Source of the DNA: Deinococcales bacterium
GTDB lineage: Bacteria; Deinococcota; Deinococci; Deinococcales; JAAFIG01
Assembly: GCA_031414595.1 (NCBI GenBank)
Contig: JANNVX010000008.1
Coordinates: forward strand, 1 to 50,132
DNA: 50,132 nucleotides
Direction of reading: 5' to 3'
Shown here piece after piece: positions 19,647 through 30,282 of the stretch; the stretch's first letter is position 1; the number at the start of each line of letters is the position of its first letter. Both the position numbers and the translations under genes were made by a program. The notes below the pieces were generated by a model, which was not told the origin of the DNA, did no database searches, and saw only the letters and a program-made list of their open reading frames with translations.

Positions 19647-22637
19647 ATGAATGATAAAATTGTTGTCAGAGGCGCACGCGAACATAATCTTAAAAATGTC
19701 ACGGCAGTGATTCCTCGAGACCAATTTGTGGTGATTACGGGTGTTTCGGGTTCTGGTAAGTCAACTTTAGCGTTTGATACGATTTATGCCGAAGGGCAAC
19801 GCCGTTATGTCGAAAGCCTAAGTGCCTATGCTCGGCAGTTCTTGGGACTGATGGAAAAACCCGATGTAGATAGCATCGAAGGGCTTAGCCCCGCAATTAG
19901 CATTGACCAAAAAACCACCAGCCACAATCCGCGCAGCACCGTCGGGACAGTCACCGAGATTCATGATTATTTGCGGCTTTTGTACGCTAGGGCTGGCACA
20001 CCGTACAGCACACTAACTGGCAAAGTCGTTTCTAAGCAGAGTCCGTCTGAAATCACTGAGCGGGTTTTATCCATGCCAGACGGTACAAAAGCCATGATTC
20101 TTGCGCCGCTTATCCGTGGGCGCAAAGGTGAGTACCGCAAAATTTTTACCGACTTAAAACGCGAAGGCTTTGCTCGAGTGAGAGTAGACGGGATTATCTA
20201 TGAACTCGACGAAGCCGAAAAGCTAAAACTCGAGAAGTTTGAGAGACACGATATTGACTTGGTGGTGGATCGTTTGGTACTGCGCGAATCTGACCGTGCC
20301 AGAATTGCCGAAAGCATCGAACTGGCGCTGCGTAAAGGCGAAGGGCTGGTGCGGATTTTCTTGCCTGATTTAGGGCGCGATGATTTATTCTCCGAGAAAT
20401 TTGCTTGTCCAGAAGGTGGCAGTGTTCTCGAGGACATGGAGCCACGTTACTTTAGTTTTAATAACCCATATGGCGCATGTCCGACCTGTACAGGTCTGGG
20501 AATTAAGCACGAATTTGATGCTGACCGCATTATTGGCGATGACCGCCTGAGCATTGCCGAAGGTTGTATTACCCCGTGGAAAGGGCGCGAAGGCGATACG
20601 ATTTATTACTGGGAGCGCTTAAAAGCCTTGTCCGAACATTTGGCATTTGATTTGAAAGTCCCATGGAAAGACCTACCACTCGAGATTCAAAAAGCAGTCT
20701 TGTACGGCGTAAAAGGCTCATTTGAAGTGGTTTATAAACGCGCCAACAAAGAAAATTTTAAGTTCAAAGCCGAGTACGAAGGCGTGATTCCCAATCTCGA
20801 GCGCCGTTTCAAAGACACCGATTCGGAATACATGCGTGAAAAATTATCGGAAATGATGATTGAACGCCCCTGTCCGGCTTGTGCTGGCTCGAGGTACAAA
20901 CCCGAAGTGCTGGCGGTGCGAATCGCGGGTATGAGCATTGCCGAAGCTGGACGGCTTGGAGTGCTTGAAGCCAAGCGTTTCTTTGAAGCCCTGCAAAACG
21001 GCGCAGCCCTCGAGGTGTCCAAGGATTTACGAACCCGCCATGCGATTATTCTCGAGACGCTGAGCGAAGCCCTACCCGAAGAAGTGACTGAACTAAGCGG
21101 CTTCAATGCCCAAATTGCTGCGCCGATTCTGCGTGAAGTTCTCTCGAGATTAGCCTTTTTAGAAAACGTCGGACTCGAGTACCTGAGTCTGCAACGCAGT
21201 GCCAATAGTTTAAGTGGCGGCGAAGCCCAACGCATCCGCCTTGCCACCCAAGTTGGCAGTGGGTTAACTGGGGTGCTGTATGTGCTGGACGAACCGAGTA
21301 TTGGACTGCATCCCAAAGACAACGAGCGTTTACTGGGTACCTTAAAACGCTTGCGTGACCTTGGTAACACACTTTTGGTCGTCGAACATGACGAAGACAC
21401 CATCCGTGAAGCCGATTGGGTACTGGATTTAGGACCCGGCGCGGGCGTACACGGCGGCTTTATCGTTGCCGAAGGCACACCCCAAGACATCGCCTCGAGC
21501 CAGCCGAGTTTAACCGGGCAGTACCTACGCGGTGAGCGCTTTGTCGCCATCCCCGAAGTGCGGCGCAAAGGCAATGGTAAAAATTTACGGGTGATTGGCG
21601 CAAAAGAACACAACCTGAAAAATGTCAATCTCGAGATTCCACTTGGCACAATGACCTGTATTACTGGACCAAGCGGAAGCGGCAAAAGCACCCTGATTAC
21701 CGATATTCTCCATGCAGTGCTGGCGCGAGAACTCAACCGCGCCAAAACCAACCCCGGCAGTTACAGCCGCATAGACGGACTCGAGCATCTCGATAAAGTC
21801 ATCGAAATAGACCAAAGCCCCATCGGACGCACCCCGCGCAGTAATCCAGCCACTTACACGGGGGTTTTTACCGACATCCGCGACCTTTTTACCCGCACTG
21901 CCGAAGCCCGAAAACGCGGTTATGGACCCGGACGTTTTAGTTTTAATGTCAAAGGTGGACGCTGCGAAGCCTGCGGCGGTGACGGCGTGGTCAAAATCGA
22001 AATGAATTTCCTGCCCGATATTTACGTGCCGTGCGAAGTCTGCAAAAGTGCGCGGTACAACAAAGAAACCTTAGAAGTGAAATTCAAAGGCAAAAATATT
22101 TCCGATGTGCTGAACTTGACCATCGAAGAAGGTCTCGAGTTTTTTGAGAATATCCCAACCATCAACCGCAAATTGCAGTTATTGGTGGATGTTGGTTTAA
22201 CCTATGTCAAACTTGGGCAACCCAGCACCACGTTATCGGGCGGCGAAGCCCAACGGATTAAACTGGCTTCGGAACTGGCAAAACGCGCCACCGGCAAAAC
22301 CATTTATATTTTGGATGAACCGACCACTGGTCTGCACTTTGAAGATGTTCGTAAGCTGCTCGAGGTACTGCACCGTCTGGTCGAGGCGGGCAACACGCTG
22401 GTGGTGATTGAACATAATTTGGATGTGATTAAAACTGCCGATTGGGTGGTCGATTTGGGACCTGAAGGCGGTGATAGAGGTGGGGAAATTGTGGTGGTTG
22501 GCACGCCTGAAACCATTGCCCAGCACCCAATCAGCCATACTGCACGCTATGTCAAAGCCATCCTCGAGAGTGGGATAAAAGTTGCGCCATTGCCTAAGCT
22601 AAAAAGCAAGAAGAAAATGGCTGTGGCGGCAGATTAA
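19647..22637 (+). CDS. uvrA: Excinuclease ABC subunit A
   Basis: [13 protein letters not shown], two Walker A motifs ([16 protein letters not shown]), LSGGEAQRI twice, Zn fingers. Confidence 0.98.
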   Translation: MNDKIVVRGAREHNLKNVTAVIPRDQFVVITGVSGSGKSTLAFDTIYAEGQRRYVESLSAYARQFLGLMEKPDVDSIEGLSPAISIDQKTTSHNPRSTVGTVTEIHDYLRLLYARAGTPYSTLTGKVVSKQSPSEITERVLSMPDGTKAMILAPLIRGRKGEYRKIFTDLKREGFARVRVDGIIYELDEAEKLKLEKFERHDIDLVVDRLVLRESDRARIAESIELALRKGEGLVRIFLPDLGRDDLFSEKFACPEGGSVLEDMEPRYFSFNNPYGACPTCTGLGIKHEFDADRIIGDDRLSIAEGCITPWKGREGDTIYYWERLKALSEHLAFDLKVPWKDLPLEIQKAVLYGVKGSFEVVYKRANKENFKFKAEYEGVIPNLERRFKDTDSEYMREKLSEMMIERPCPACAGSRYKPEVLAVRIAGMSIAEAGRLGVLEAKRFFEALQNGAALEVSKDLRTRHAIILETLSEALPEEVTELSGFNAQIAAPILREVLSRLAFLENVGLEYLSLQRSANSLSGGEAQRIRLATQVGSGLTGVLYVLDEPSIGLHPKDNERLLGTLKRLRDLGNTLLVVEHDEDTIREADWVLDLGPGAGVHGGFIVAEGTPQDIASSQPSLTGQYLRGERFVAIPEVRRKGNGKNLRVIGAKEHNLKNVNLEIPLGTMTCITGPSGSGKSTLITDILHAVLARELNRAKTNPGSYSRIDGLEHLDKVIEIDQSPIGRTPRSNPATYTGVFTDIRDLFTRTAEARKRGYGPGRFSFNVKGGRCEACGGDGVVKIEMNFLPDIYVPCEVCKSARYNKETLEVKFKGKNISDVLNLTIEEGLEFFENIPTINRKLQLLVDVGLTYVKLGQPSTTLSGGEAQRIKLASELAKRATGKTIYILDEPTTGLHFEDVRKLLEVLHRLVEAGNTLVVIEHNLDVIKTADWVVDLGPEGGDRGGEIVVVGTPETIAQHPISHTARYVKAILESGIKVAPLPKLKSKKKMAVAAD

Positions 22638-22652
22638 CTTAAATGTAATTAT

Positions 22653-22775
22653 ACGAAATTAACTTAATCACTCTTATTTGACCAAAAAGCGGTCAAATTG
22701 TCGTTCAAACGTTAATTTCGTTTCGTTGTTACTCCTTTTAGTCGGTTAATCAGTCAAAATACGCGACTGATTAAC
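22653..22775. terminator. Multi-hairpin AT-rich element between the convergent uvrA and antitoxin genes
   Basis: acgaaattaac/gttaatttcgt encloses atttgacc/ggtcaaat; then gttaatcagtc/gactgattaac. Confidence 0.45.
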
Positions 22776-22786
22776 ACAATTTGGGA

Positions 22787-23101
22787 TTATATAATCCCAA
22801 ATCGTTTTTCCTCTTCGTATAATCTCTCGAGAACAAATTCTTTGAGTAAAGTCTGGTATGGCACTTTTTTAAGATTCGCCACATGCCGTAAACGCTGCTC
22901 GAGTTCATTGGCGACATTAACCGTAATGTTGCGGCTGCTGCGTTCGGCTCGAGCCACTTTGAGTTTAGCTTGTAAATCTGACTCGAGTGATTCTGCAAGT
23001 AGACTAGGGGTAATGGTATGTGAATCCCAAAAGGCTCGGGCTTGTTGTTCGGTCATGTTCTTTGGAATGTCATTTTGGGTTTTAACGGTTTGTTTTTTCA
23101 T
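22787..23101 (-). CDS. BrnA/CopG-like antitoxin
   Basis: IPKNMTEQQARAFWDSH N-terminus and RHH-like C-terminus (ITVNV...LRHVANLKKVPYQTLLKEFVLERL); overlaps the toxin gene. Confidence 0.8.
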   Translation of the reverse strand: MKKQTVKTQNDIPKNMTEQQARAFWDSHTITPSLLAESLESDLQAKLKVARAERSSRNITVNVANELEQRLRHVANLKKVPYQTLLKEFVLERLYEEEKRFGII

Positions 23102-23357
23102 AGTAAATGCGCTCCTTTTTTTCTGCCACTCGAGCCGTGATGACTCGGACTTTTTCACCACGCTCTTCGAGTATCACAACTAAAATCAAGTTTTTGTTGA
23201 ACCTGCCTAAAACACCAAATCGTCGTTCTGAGTTTGGTCCTCGGTGGGCTGGGAAATCCAGAGCAAATTCATCTAAGACTGCATCTTCTGCTTCTTCTGG
23301 TTCAATACCATGAAGTGCTATATGGTCTCGATTTGCGTCATCCCAATCGAACTGCAT
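23082..23357 (-). CDS. BrnT-family (DUF497) ribonuclease toxin
   Basis: MQFDWDDANRDHIALHGIEPEEAE...ERRFGVLG...RVITAR...ERIYY. Confidence 0.88.
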   Translation of the reverse strand: MQFDWDDANRDHIALHGIEPEEAEDAVLDEFALDFPAHRGPNSERRFGVLGRFNKNLILVVILEERGEKVRVITARVAEKKERIYYEKTNR

Positions 23358-23461
23358 ACTTTAATCTAGTACATATTTGAATACATATCAAGATGAACTG
23401 ACCAATGCTGCTTTTGAAATAGACTCGAGCAGTGGCACAATCCATGAACTCGAGTTTTGAA

Positions 23462-24517
23462 TTACTTTAATTCCAGTGCTGCCGCAATAAAGGCCGTGTT
23501 CTCCTCTGGTGTCCCAACGCTAACGCGAATACAGCCTTCTAAACCAAGATAACTGTCTTGCTTGCGTACCAGAATGCCCCGCTCGAGCAGTTGGGCATGG
23601 GTGCGTTTGGCATCTTGGGTACGAATTAAATGGTAATTGGCGGCTGATGGATAGATTTTCCAAGTCGGGTGATGAATCAGCGCCTCATAGACTCGAGAAC
23701 GCTCAAAGATGGTTTCCTGAACTCGAGCCTCGGCGTACTGCGAATTCTCGAGTGCCGTTTCTATGGCACTTTGAATAAGTACGGAGACATTAAACGGGCT
23801 AAGGATTTTTTGGACATGACCAGCCAGTTCGGGTTGTGCCAGTAAGTAGCCAAGTCGCACCCCGCCTAAGCCCCACGCTTTAGAAAAAGTGCGTAAGATA
23901 CAAACATTTGGGTTTGTCCCCAGTAATGCCATATGGTTGCGCCGACTGTATTCAAAGTAGGCTTCGTCAAGCACAATAATCCATTCTGGGGAAGCGCTTT
24001 GTATCAACTGCTGTATTTGTTCTAGGCTTGGCATTGCACCCGTTGGGGCGTGTGGTACAGCCAAGAACATCACTCCGGGGGTGGCTTGCTCGAGGGTGGC
24101 AAGAAGCTTATCCATTGGCAAATTAAAATCAGCTTCAAGCCGAGGCTCGAGCATCTGAGTCTCGAGTAACTGCCCAGACAAACTATACAAACTAAAGGCT
24201 GGTGCGACACTCAAGACCCGTTGCCCTAATCCAGCCGCTTGTGCCAGCCCATGAATCAGCACATTGCTACCGGGTGTGACCACCACACCCGCTTCCTGCC
24301 AGCCAACTCGAGCCGCGATTTTTTGACGCAAGGTATTGGCGTGGATGTCTGGATAACGATTCCAGTGGCTGTACAGCATTTTTTCTAAAGCAATTTGTTT
24401 TAATTCAAGCGGGAAATCATAACCTGATTCGTTTTGATCGAGTTTTATTGGCGCTTGGATTGCCACAAAAGGATAATTGGGCGAGTCTCGTAAGGCTTTG
24501 CGGATTCCAGTTAGCAC
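23462..24517 (-). CDS. hisC: Histidinol-phosphate aminotransferase
   Basis: KLDQNE, NRYPD, DEAYFEY, LRTFSKAWGLGGVRLGY, IRVSVGTPEEN. Start set at the GTG 6 nt after TAGACT. Confidence 0.9.
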   Translation of the reverse strand: MLTGIRKALRDSPNYPFVAIQAPIKLDQNESGYDFPLELKQIALEKMLYSHWNRYPDIHANTLRQKIAARVGWQEAGVVVTPGSNVLIHGLAQAAGLGQRVLSVAPAFSLYSLSGQLLETQMLEPRLEADFNLPMDKLLATLEQATPGVMFLAVPHAPTGAMPSLEQIQQLIQSASPEWIIVLDEAYFEYSRRNHMALLGTNPNVCILRTFSKAWGLGGVRLGYLLAQPELAGHVQKILSPFNVSVLIQSAIETALENSQYAEARVQETIFERSRVYEALIHHPTWKIYPSAANYHLIRTQDAKRTHAQLLERGILVRKQDSYLGLEGCIRVSVGTPEENTAFIAAALELK

Positions 24518-24740
24518 AAGCACAGTCTAACAAAATACTTCAAGAACCGAAATCTCGAGGTCTAGGCTGGTGGATTATTCAACTATTTTGCCGTAAAAAA
24601 GCCGTTCTAAACGTTATTTTCAAGAATATTCAAAAATGAGTCCTTTGAGAAAGCAAAGCCATTTTGGGTATTCTCGAGAAAGCTGGACAGCCCCAATGCC
24701 TTCTTTCCTCACTGTTGATTCTTTAAGGTAGGCTGTACCT

Positions 24741-25109
24741 ATGGCTATTCAAACCTTAGTGATTGATAATCAAACCTTTGATGCGGCGCTCGAGTTATTT
24801 GCTGTGGTTGGCGACCAGTTAAAACCCAAATCGGAGTTGTCTCGAGCCGCTAAAGATGATGAACTCCTTGACCGCTATGGGTTTACGGCATTTGTCGAGG
24901 CGCTGCGAAGCGAGACCTTTTTTGAAGACCCACTCGAAACGGTACTTGACCTCGAGTTGAACCAACCATTTGACTCCGAAGAGGCAGCGTGGGAAGCAAT
25001 TAAAGATTTTTATTCGGAACGGGCTTGTACGCTTCTACAAGTTGGAGATACCGAGGAATTTATTGTTGGCGACGAATTGCTGTATTCACTGGGTTTGGTC
25101 TCGCCATAA
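24741..25109 (+). CDS. Acidic hypothetical protein
   Basis: Clean 122-aa ORF with a TAGGCT box 6 nt upstream of the ATG. Confidence 0.7.
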   Translation: MAIQTLVIDNQTFDAALELFAVVGDQLKPKSELSRAAKDDELLDRYGFTAFVEALRSETFFEDPLETVLDLELNQPFDSEEAAWEAIKDFYSERACTLLQVGDTEEFIVGDELLYSLGLVSP

Positions 25110-25121
25110 ATGACCGCCTTT

Positions 25122-26159
25122 TTATTTTGGCAAATTCTTTTGTAAATACCTCAGCCAATTACCACCCATCACTCCAGCCTTGTGTTCAGGTGGCACAACC
25201 GCCCCGATTTTCTCGAGGTCAGAAATCGTATCAAAACCATTGGGGGCTTCTTCTGCCCCAAAACCACCATCGGAATCTGAACCTATGCCCATGCGCTGCC
25301 AACCAACAAGACTTGCCATATAGGTTAGATGGGCTTTGACTTGGTTGTCAAAGGTCACTTCTACACTGCGGTTTTCTCGTGTCCAACGTGGGTCAAGGAA
25401 AGCATTGAGCATCACCACGCCGACCCGTCCGTCTCGAGCCTTAAGTTCCAGCAGCATGGAATCGGTTAAATGCCGATTACTGGTAGCACGCAACGCAAAA
25501 GCATTGCTGTGCGAAGCGATTAAACGCGTAATGCCCACATCCAAGCTCTGCCAAAAGGCTTCCCAGCTTTGGTGTGAAGCATCTAAAATCATGTTTTTAC
25601 TTTCGATGGCAGCCACCAATTCACGTCCAATTTCAGATAACCCACCGGGCATTTCTGTACCACCTGCGTAGCGTGTGCGTCCCCAACTTGTGCCAATCAT
25701 TCGCACCCCACGCCCATACCAATACTCGAGTTCAGACGGGTTACGAATTGGGTCTGCGCCTTCCATTAAAATAACCAGACCCGTGATTTTATCGGTTGTC
25801 CATAACTCGAGGTGATGGCTTAAATCGACTTGGCTTTTGATCATTCGCACCTGACCACGTTTAGCCCAACCTTCATAGACCTCGAGTTGGGCGATTGCCT
25901 GTGCATGGGCTTGGTCGGGTGTGCTGTATCCTCTTGGGTCAAGGATTCCTGGTTTTGTCCATTGCACGGCAGGTGAAGCAAAGAGCGTCGCAAAAGCCAC
26001 TGCCACACCCGCTTGACGCATGGCTGGTAGGGTTGTGGTACATAACCCGTGTTCGTTATTCGGCTCGAGAACCCGAATTTCATGTGGGGTTTTATGCTCT
26101 AAGTCACGTCCATAAAACACTGCGCCAAAGGCTAAATCCAAATGTCCATCTATAATCAT
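25122..26159 (-). CDS. Membrane dipeptidase (peptidase M19 family)
   Basis: DGHLDL, LMEGAD, LDASH, IASHSN, GIGSDSDGG. Confidence 0.92.
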   Translation of the reverse strand: MIIDGHLDLAFGAVFYGRDLEHKTPHEIRVLEPNNEHGLCTTTLPAMRQAGVAVAFATLFASPAVQWTKPGILDPRGYSTPDQAHAQAIAQLEVYEGWAKRGQVRMIKSQVDLSHHLELWTTDKITGLVILMEGADPIRNPSELEYWYGRGVRMIGTSWGRTRYAGGTEMPGGLSEIGRELVAAIESKNMILDASHQSWEAFWQSLDVGITRLIASHSNAFALRATSNRHLTDSMLLELKARDGRVGVVMLNAFLDPRWTRENRSVEVTFDNQVKAHLTYMASLVGWQRMGIGSDSDGGFGAEEAPNGFDTISDLEKIGAVVPPEHKAGVMGGNWLRYLQKNLPK

Positions 26160-26228
26160 GGGGCAGTATACTCGCAGGTCATCTGACGAATAAAGTAGCC
26201 CCTGAAGGTTCAGACTGAGAAATTTGGA

Positions 26229-26465
26229 TTATTCAAGTTCAGTGATGTTAAAACGCCGAAAATGCTTTTTGCGCCAAGCACTTGAACCTTGATAAATCAT
26301 TTCAACTAAAGATTCATCGATTTTTACTTCTGCCAGTAATTCAATAATTTGGTCATACCGACGTTCTGTAATTGTCCCCTCGAGTATAGATTCAATAAAT
26401 TCTACACTCAAATTTTCGAGTTCTTGAGGAGACATTTTCGTTTTGTCAGTAATTAAAATCATCAT
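26229..26465 (-). CDS. Small hypothetical protein, translationally coupled to the upstream HExxH gene
   Basis: ATGA overlap with the 26462-27040 ORF; 78 aa. Confidence 0.6.
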   Translation of the reverse strand: MMILITDKTKMSPQELENLSVEFIESILEGTITERRYDQIIELLAEVKIDESLVEMIYQGSSAWRKKHFRRFNITELE

Positions 26466-27040
26466 TGCCTCAAATCCACATCAAGCACCGTCAACGCCCT
26501 GTGGATCATATCATATCCAAGTCGGTCAAATAAAATAAGTTCAGTAGGGTACAAAACCCATGCTGCAAAAGTTTCTGCGAAATACTCAAGGGGTCTGTTT
26601 GGCATTTTGGCGTATTGACTGACTGCATTGGTACGAACTGCCCTTAATGTCGAACCGAACTGCCATGAATCTACAAAACGCAACTCGGCGTGAACATGAT
26701 GACCCAATTCGTGTAACAAAGTGAACTGAATACATTGCAACAAACTATTGGCTGTATCGCTAACTTTATCGGTTTTACCCCACTCGAGAATCTGCCCAAA
26801 ACTGTTCGTATCTCTTTGTGTTGAAATTCTGGTTGTACGCTCGCTATAACTGTACAAACCATTGATTTCTATTCCTCCATCAGACAAATTTGACTCTACA
26901 CTTATGGTTTGAAACGGATGCCTTTCTAACCATGCTTGAATCGCTATTCTTTCAAAAATCTCGAGAACTATTTTTGTATCACCATCGTTCAGTACAGATT
27001 GAAGGTTAGTTGCATAAGGTGATTTCACGTTGCTTACCAC
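26462..27040 (-). CDS. Zincin-like HExxH metallopeptidase-domain protein
   Basis: TLLHELGHHVH followed by VSQYA...EYFAETFA, which supplies a third-ligand Glu as in gluzincin/lethal-factor-like domains. Confidence 0.7.
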   Translation of the reverse strand: MVSNVKSPYATNLQSVLNDGDTKIVLEIFERIAIQAWLERHPFQTISVESNLSDGGIEINGLYSYSERTTRISTQRDTNSFGQILEWGKTDKVSDTANSLLQCIQFTLLHELGHHVHAELRFVDSWQFGSTLRAVRTNAVSQYAKMPNRPLEYFAETFAAWVLYPTELILFDRLGYDMIHRALTVLDVDLRQ

Positions 27041-27074
27041 TTTATCATGTCACAGCGTAGATACTCGAGAAAAT

Positions 27075-27407
27075 TCAAATTTCGTTGCTTTCTTCCATTT
27101 CAGCCGCTTTGTCCTGCACCCAACGGCGGTACAGTTCGGCTTTGTATTCGGCTGCTTTTGAGCGGTTCATAAAGACCGCAATTGCCCCGTACAACGACAC
27201 CAAAAGGGCTAGTAATTGCAGAACAGGATTAAACTGCAAAGCAAAAAAAAGAATCAACCCAAGCGGAATTGCCCAACCCGAAAACGGTAATAAACTCGGT
27301 TGGGTCTGACCACTCCACGTCTCGAGTTCAGATAAAGTCATGAATTCTATGGCTTCTTTACCTTCGGCAAAGGTTGCCCATTTTCCAGCTTCGGCGGTCT
27401 GACTCAT
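27075..27407 (-). CDS. Small two-TM membrane protein
   Basis: Two hydrophobic helices; TACAAT 6 nt before ATG 27407. Confidence 0.65.
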   Translation of the reverse strand: MSQTAEAGKWATFAEGKEAIEFMTLSELETWSGQTQPSLLPFSGWAIPLGLILFFALQFNPVLQLLALLVSLYGAIAVFMNRSKAAEYKAELYRRWVQDKAAEMEESNEI

Positions 27408-27485
27408 GAGAGCATTGTACGAGAAGAGCAGAAAAAGAAATGGGATGAAAGAGGAAATTTCTCTTTCATCCCACAATTCCCGAGC

Positions 27486-28994
27486 TTATTTGGTTTTGAA
27501 GACGCGGACAGCGTTGGCGTTCGGTGTTGGTTGCCCATTCCACCAGTTATAGACATTTTTACGGGTTGCAGCGATATACGGAGCGCTAAATGCCCAGATA
27601 CCGGGGACTTGATCGGCAAGCATAATTTGCATCGCGGCGTATAAACGATAACGCTCGGCATCGGTGCTGGCAACAAGGGCTTTGTCGTTGAGGGCTTTGT
27701 ACGGGGCATTATTCCAATTGAAGTAATAACCGTCTCGAGCATAACGGTCTAAGTCAAAGGATTCGGCATGACCAATAATCGTCATGTCGTAATCTTTGTT
27801 CAAAAAGACTTTTTGAATCCAAGTGTTAAATGGGACAAGTTCGATTTCGGCAGTTACACCAACATTGGCAAGTTGCTGGGCATAAATTTCGGCGGTACGG
27901 CGCTCGATGGGAAATTCGTTGGCAACCGTAAATTTGACCTTCAGATTGGTCTGACCAGCTTGGGCTAACCATCTTTTGGCTTGTTCTGGGTTGTACGGAT
28001 TGCGGTTATTGAGGTCAATGTAATACTGCTGACCGGGTGAGTTAAAGCTGCCAATCAATGCCCCATACCCAAAGAAACCACCTTGGACAATGGCTTTTTT
28101 ATCCATGGCGGCAGTAAACGCCCGACGCACCCGAATATCATCAAAAGGTTTGCGTTTATTGTTCATCGAAACTGTAATTTCACCACTCGAGCTACCAACC
28201 AGCACATTAAAGTCTTTTTTCAGGCTTTCGACTTGTTCGGCTGGAACATTATAACCAATCACATCAATGTCGCCCGAGCGCAAACCGGCAATTTTGGCGT
28301 TTTGGTCATCGCCTAAAAAGCGAAAGGTCACATTGTCTAAGTACGGCAAGTTTGCCACATGGTAGGTATGACGATCCAAGCGCACATTGACCCCACGATT
28401 CCACGCCCCGAGCTTAAACGGTCCTGTGCCAATCGGGTTGGTTTTGAGTTTTTCGCGCCCAGCCGCATTTGCAAATAATTCGCTTGGTTCAATCGTACTC
28501 TCGGCTCGAGCCAAATTGTACAAAAATTCGTTGTTGGCTTTGCTCATCGTAAAGACAACCGTTAATGGGTCTGGGGTAGAAATACTCGAGATGTCTCGGT
28601 AATACGTTGGGCTGGTATGACCAGAATCTTTTTCTCTGGCAACATCAAATTTAACTTTAACATCGGCGGAAGTAAAATCTGAGCCGTCGTGGAATTTAAC
28701 ATTGCGTTTGAGCTTAAAAGTATAGGTCAAACGGTCTGGGCTGACACTTGGCATATTGGCGGCAAGTTGTGGCGTAATCCGACCATTTTCGGCAAGCCCA
28801 ACCAAGCCCTCGAGAACATTTTGGTGCATCATGCGGACAATTTCTGCGCCAGCACCTTGGCTTGGGTCTAGGAAAGCGGGTTCGACGTTCATGGCGACAA
28901 CCAAATTACCTCCGCGTACAGGAGCGGGTTGAGCGGCTTGTGCCATAAGAAGCGCGGCGGCGGGCAGGGCGGCGAGCATTGCAAATTTCTTCAT
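27486..28994 (-). CDS. ABC transporter substrate-binding protein, family 5 (peptide/nickel)
   Basis: Signal peptide; YTFKLKRNVKFHDGSDFTSADV, PIGTGPF, PFDDIRVRRA. Confidence 0.93.
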   Translation of the reverse strand: MKKFAMLAALPAAALLMAQAAQPAPVRGGNLVVAMNVEPAFLDPSQGAGAEIVRMMHQNVLEGLVGLAENGRITPQLAANMPSVSPDRLTYTFKLKRNVKFHDGSDFTSADVKVKFDVAREKDSGHTSPTYYRDISSISTPDPLTVVFTMSKANNEFLYNLARAESTIEPSELFANAAGREKLKTNPIGTGPFKLGAWNRGVNVRLDRHTYHVANLPYLDNVTFRFLGDDQNAKIAGLRSGDIDVIGYNVPAEQVESLKKDFNVLVGSSSGEITVSMNNKRKPFDDIRVRRAFTAAMDKKAIVQGGFFGYGALIGSFNSPGQQYYIDLNNRNPYNPEQAKRWLAQAGQTNLKVKFTVANEFPIERRTAEIYAQQLANVGVTAEIELVPFNTWIQKVFLNKDYDMTIIGHAESFDLDRYARDGYYFNWNNAPYKALNDKALVASTDAERYRLYAAMQIMLADQVPGIWAFSAPYIAATRKNVYNWWNGQPTPNANAVRVFKTK

Positions 28995-29203
28995 ACATCC
29001 TCCGAATAGAACTTGGTTTAAGTAACTTAGAAAGCCTTTCATGTCTTGAAATTCATTGCTGTACCAAAGAATACGAACAAGCGTTTGTTTGTAGCTGGTT
29101 CAAAAATTCTACGACCAGAATTATCGCATAAAAACCATGGCTTGAACATTGTGTGTAAAAACATTCCCCTTGTGCCAATAGCCCAAAGTGCTTAAACTCC
29201 TTT

Positions 29204-30139
29204 ATGGTCTCGAGACGCGAACAACTGCTGGAAATGGTGGTCGAGCAATTTATTTTGCAAAAACGTCCTGTGCCGAGCCTAGACCTTGCCAATCCGTTGG
29301 GGGTCAGTAGCGCCACCATTCGCAACGAACTGGCTGCCCTCGAGGAAATGGGTTTACTGCGCCAACCGCACACCAGTGCTGGGCGCGTCCCAACCCGCGA
29401 AGGCTGGCGAATGTACGCCAATAAATTTATTCCACCGAAACCACTACCCGAAGCCAGTTTAGAACACTTAGAAATGGCAATTGGCAGTGTCGTCGGCGAA
29501 CAACGTTTCAAAATGGCAATGATGCTTGCCTCGAGTCTAAGCGGGTACGCGGCTGTCATGACTTTAGCCCCTAAAGAAGCCCGCATCGAAACGATTTCTT
29601 TATCTACCCTCGAGGGCGGACGGGTCTTAGCGGTGCTGCTGCTCCAAGGCGGGATGGCAAGGGAACTTGTCTTGGATGCTGGATTTCGCCCCGAACGCGA
29701 TGTGCTAGAACGCTTGGAGGCTGCCCTGCGCGAACCCCCGCTCGAGACCCATGAAATCCCCGCTAAACTGCACCGTTTAGAGCAGCAAGCCAGCCCTGCG
29801 GTTGCCAGTCTTGCCAAAAGCCTGCGCGAACGCTGGGGCGAAATTGCGGCTGCCAGTGTTTCCTATTCAAGCGGTGCAACGCCAGTCCTAAGCGAACCAG
29901 AAAGCAATGACGTGGTTTTTTTACGCGGCGTGCTTGACTTGCTCGAGCGCCCTAACAGCCCTGCCAATTTATCGCCCGGCTTGGTGCTAAGTGTAGACGA
30001 CCCTGATGGCATCTCGAGTATCACCGTGGCATTTAAGTCTAACCTCGGGCGGGCATCGGTCAGTATTTTAGGACCGACCAGAATGCGCTACTCCAAAGCC
30101 ATCAGTGTTGCCCAAGCCGTGGCAAATGCCTTGGGGTAA
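29204..30139 (+). CDS. hrcA: Heat-inducible transcription repressor HrcA
   Basis: SSATIRNELAALEEMGLLRQPHTSAGRVPT and GPTRMRY. Confidence 0.93.
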   Translation: MVSRREQLLEMVVEQFILQKRPVPSLDLANPLGVSSATIRNELAALEEMGLLRQPHTSAGRVPTREGWRMYANKFIPPKPLPEASLEHLEMAIGSVVGEQRFKMAMMLASSLSGYAAVMTLAPKEARIETISLSTLEGGRVLAVLLLQGGMARELVLDAGFRPERDVLERLEAALREPPLETHEIPAKLHRLEQQASPAVASLAKSLRERWGEIAAASVSYSSGATPVLSEPESNDVVFLRGVLDLLERPNSPANLSPGLVLSVDDPDGISSITVAFKSNLGRASVSILGPTRMRYSKAISVAQAVANALG

Positions 30140-30282
30140 GCAAAAAATCACCTGAACGGCTTGCCCTGCACAATAGGAATTCAACTTCGAGGATAAATCC
30201 GCTCGGACTTTTAAGTAAAAACTCCAACGTTTGCCATGTAAGCGTTGTGAGTCTGGCAGCCTTCACACGGTATAATTGGGGC

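Noticed and set aside
20732-21751. 339-aa antisense ORF in uvrA, and similar long antisense ORFs in mutS, hrcA, glnS and the rhomboid gene
   Set aside because: These are shadow frames of well-conserved genes, with S/R/P-rich composition.
22653-23357. Integron cassette carrying brnTA
   Set aside because: The R boxes deviate from RYYYAAC/GTTRRRY, L-box pairing is poor, and there is no integrase or second site. Kept only as a low-interest structure.
29150-29200. Possible CIRCE element upstream of hrcA
   Set aside because: Only half-site-like words (tgtgccaa, agtgctta) are present; there is no TTAGCACTC-N9-GAGTGCTAA arrangement.
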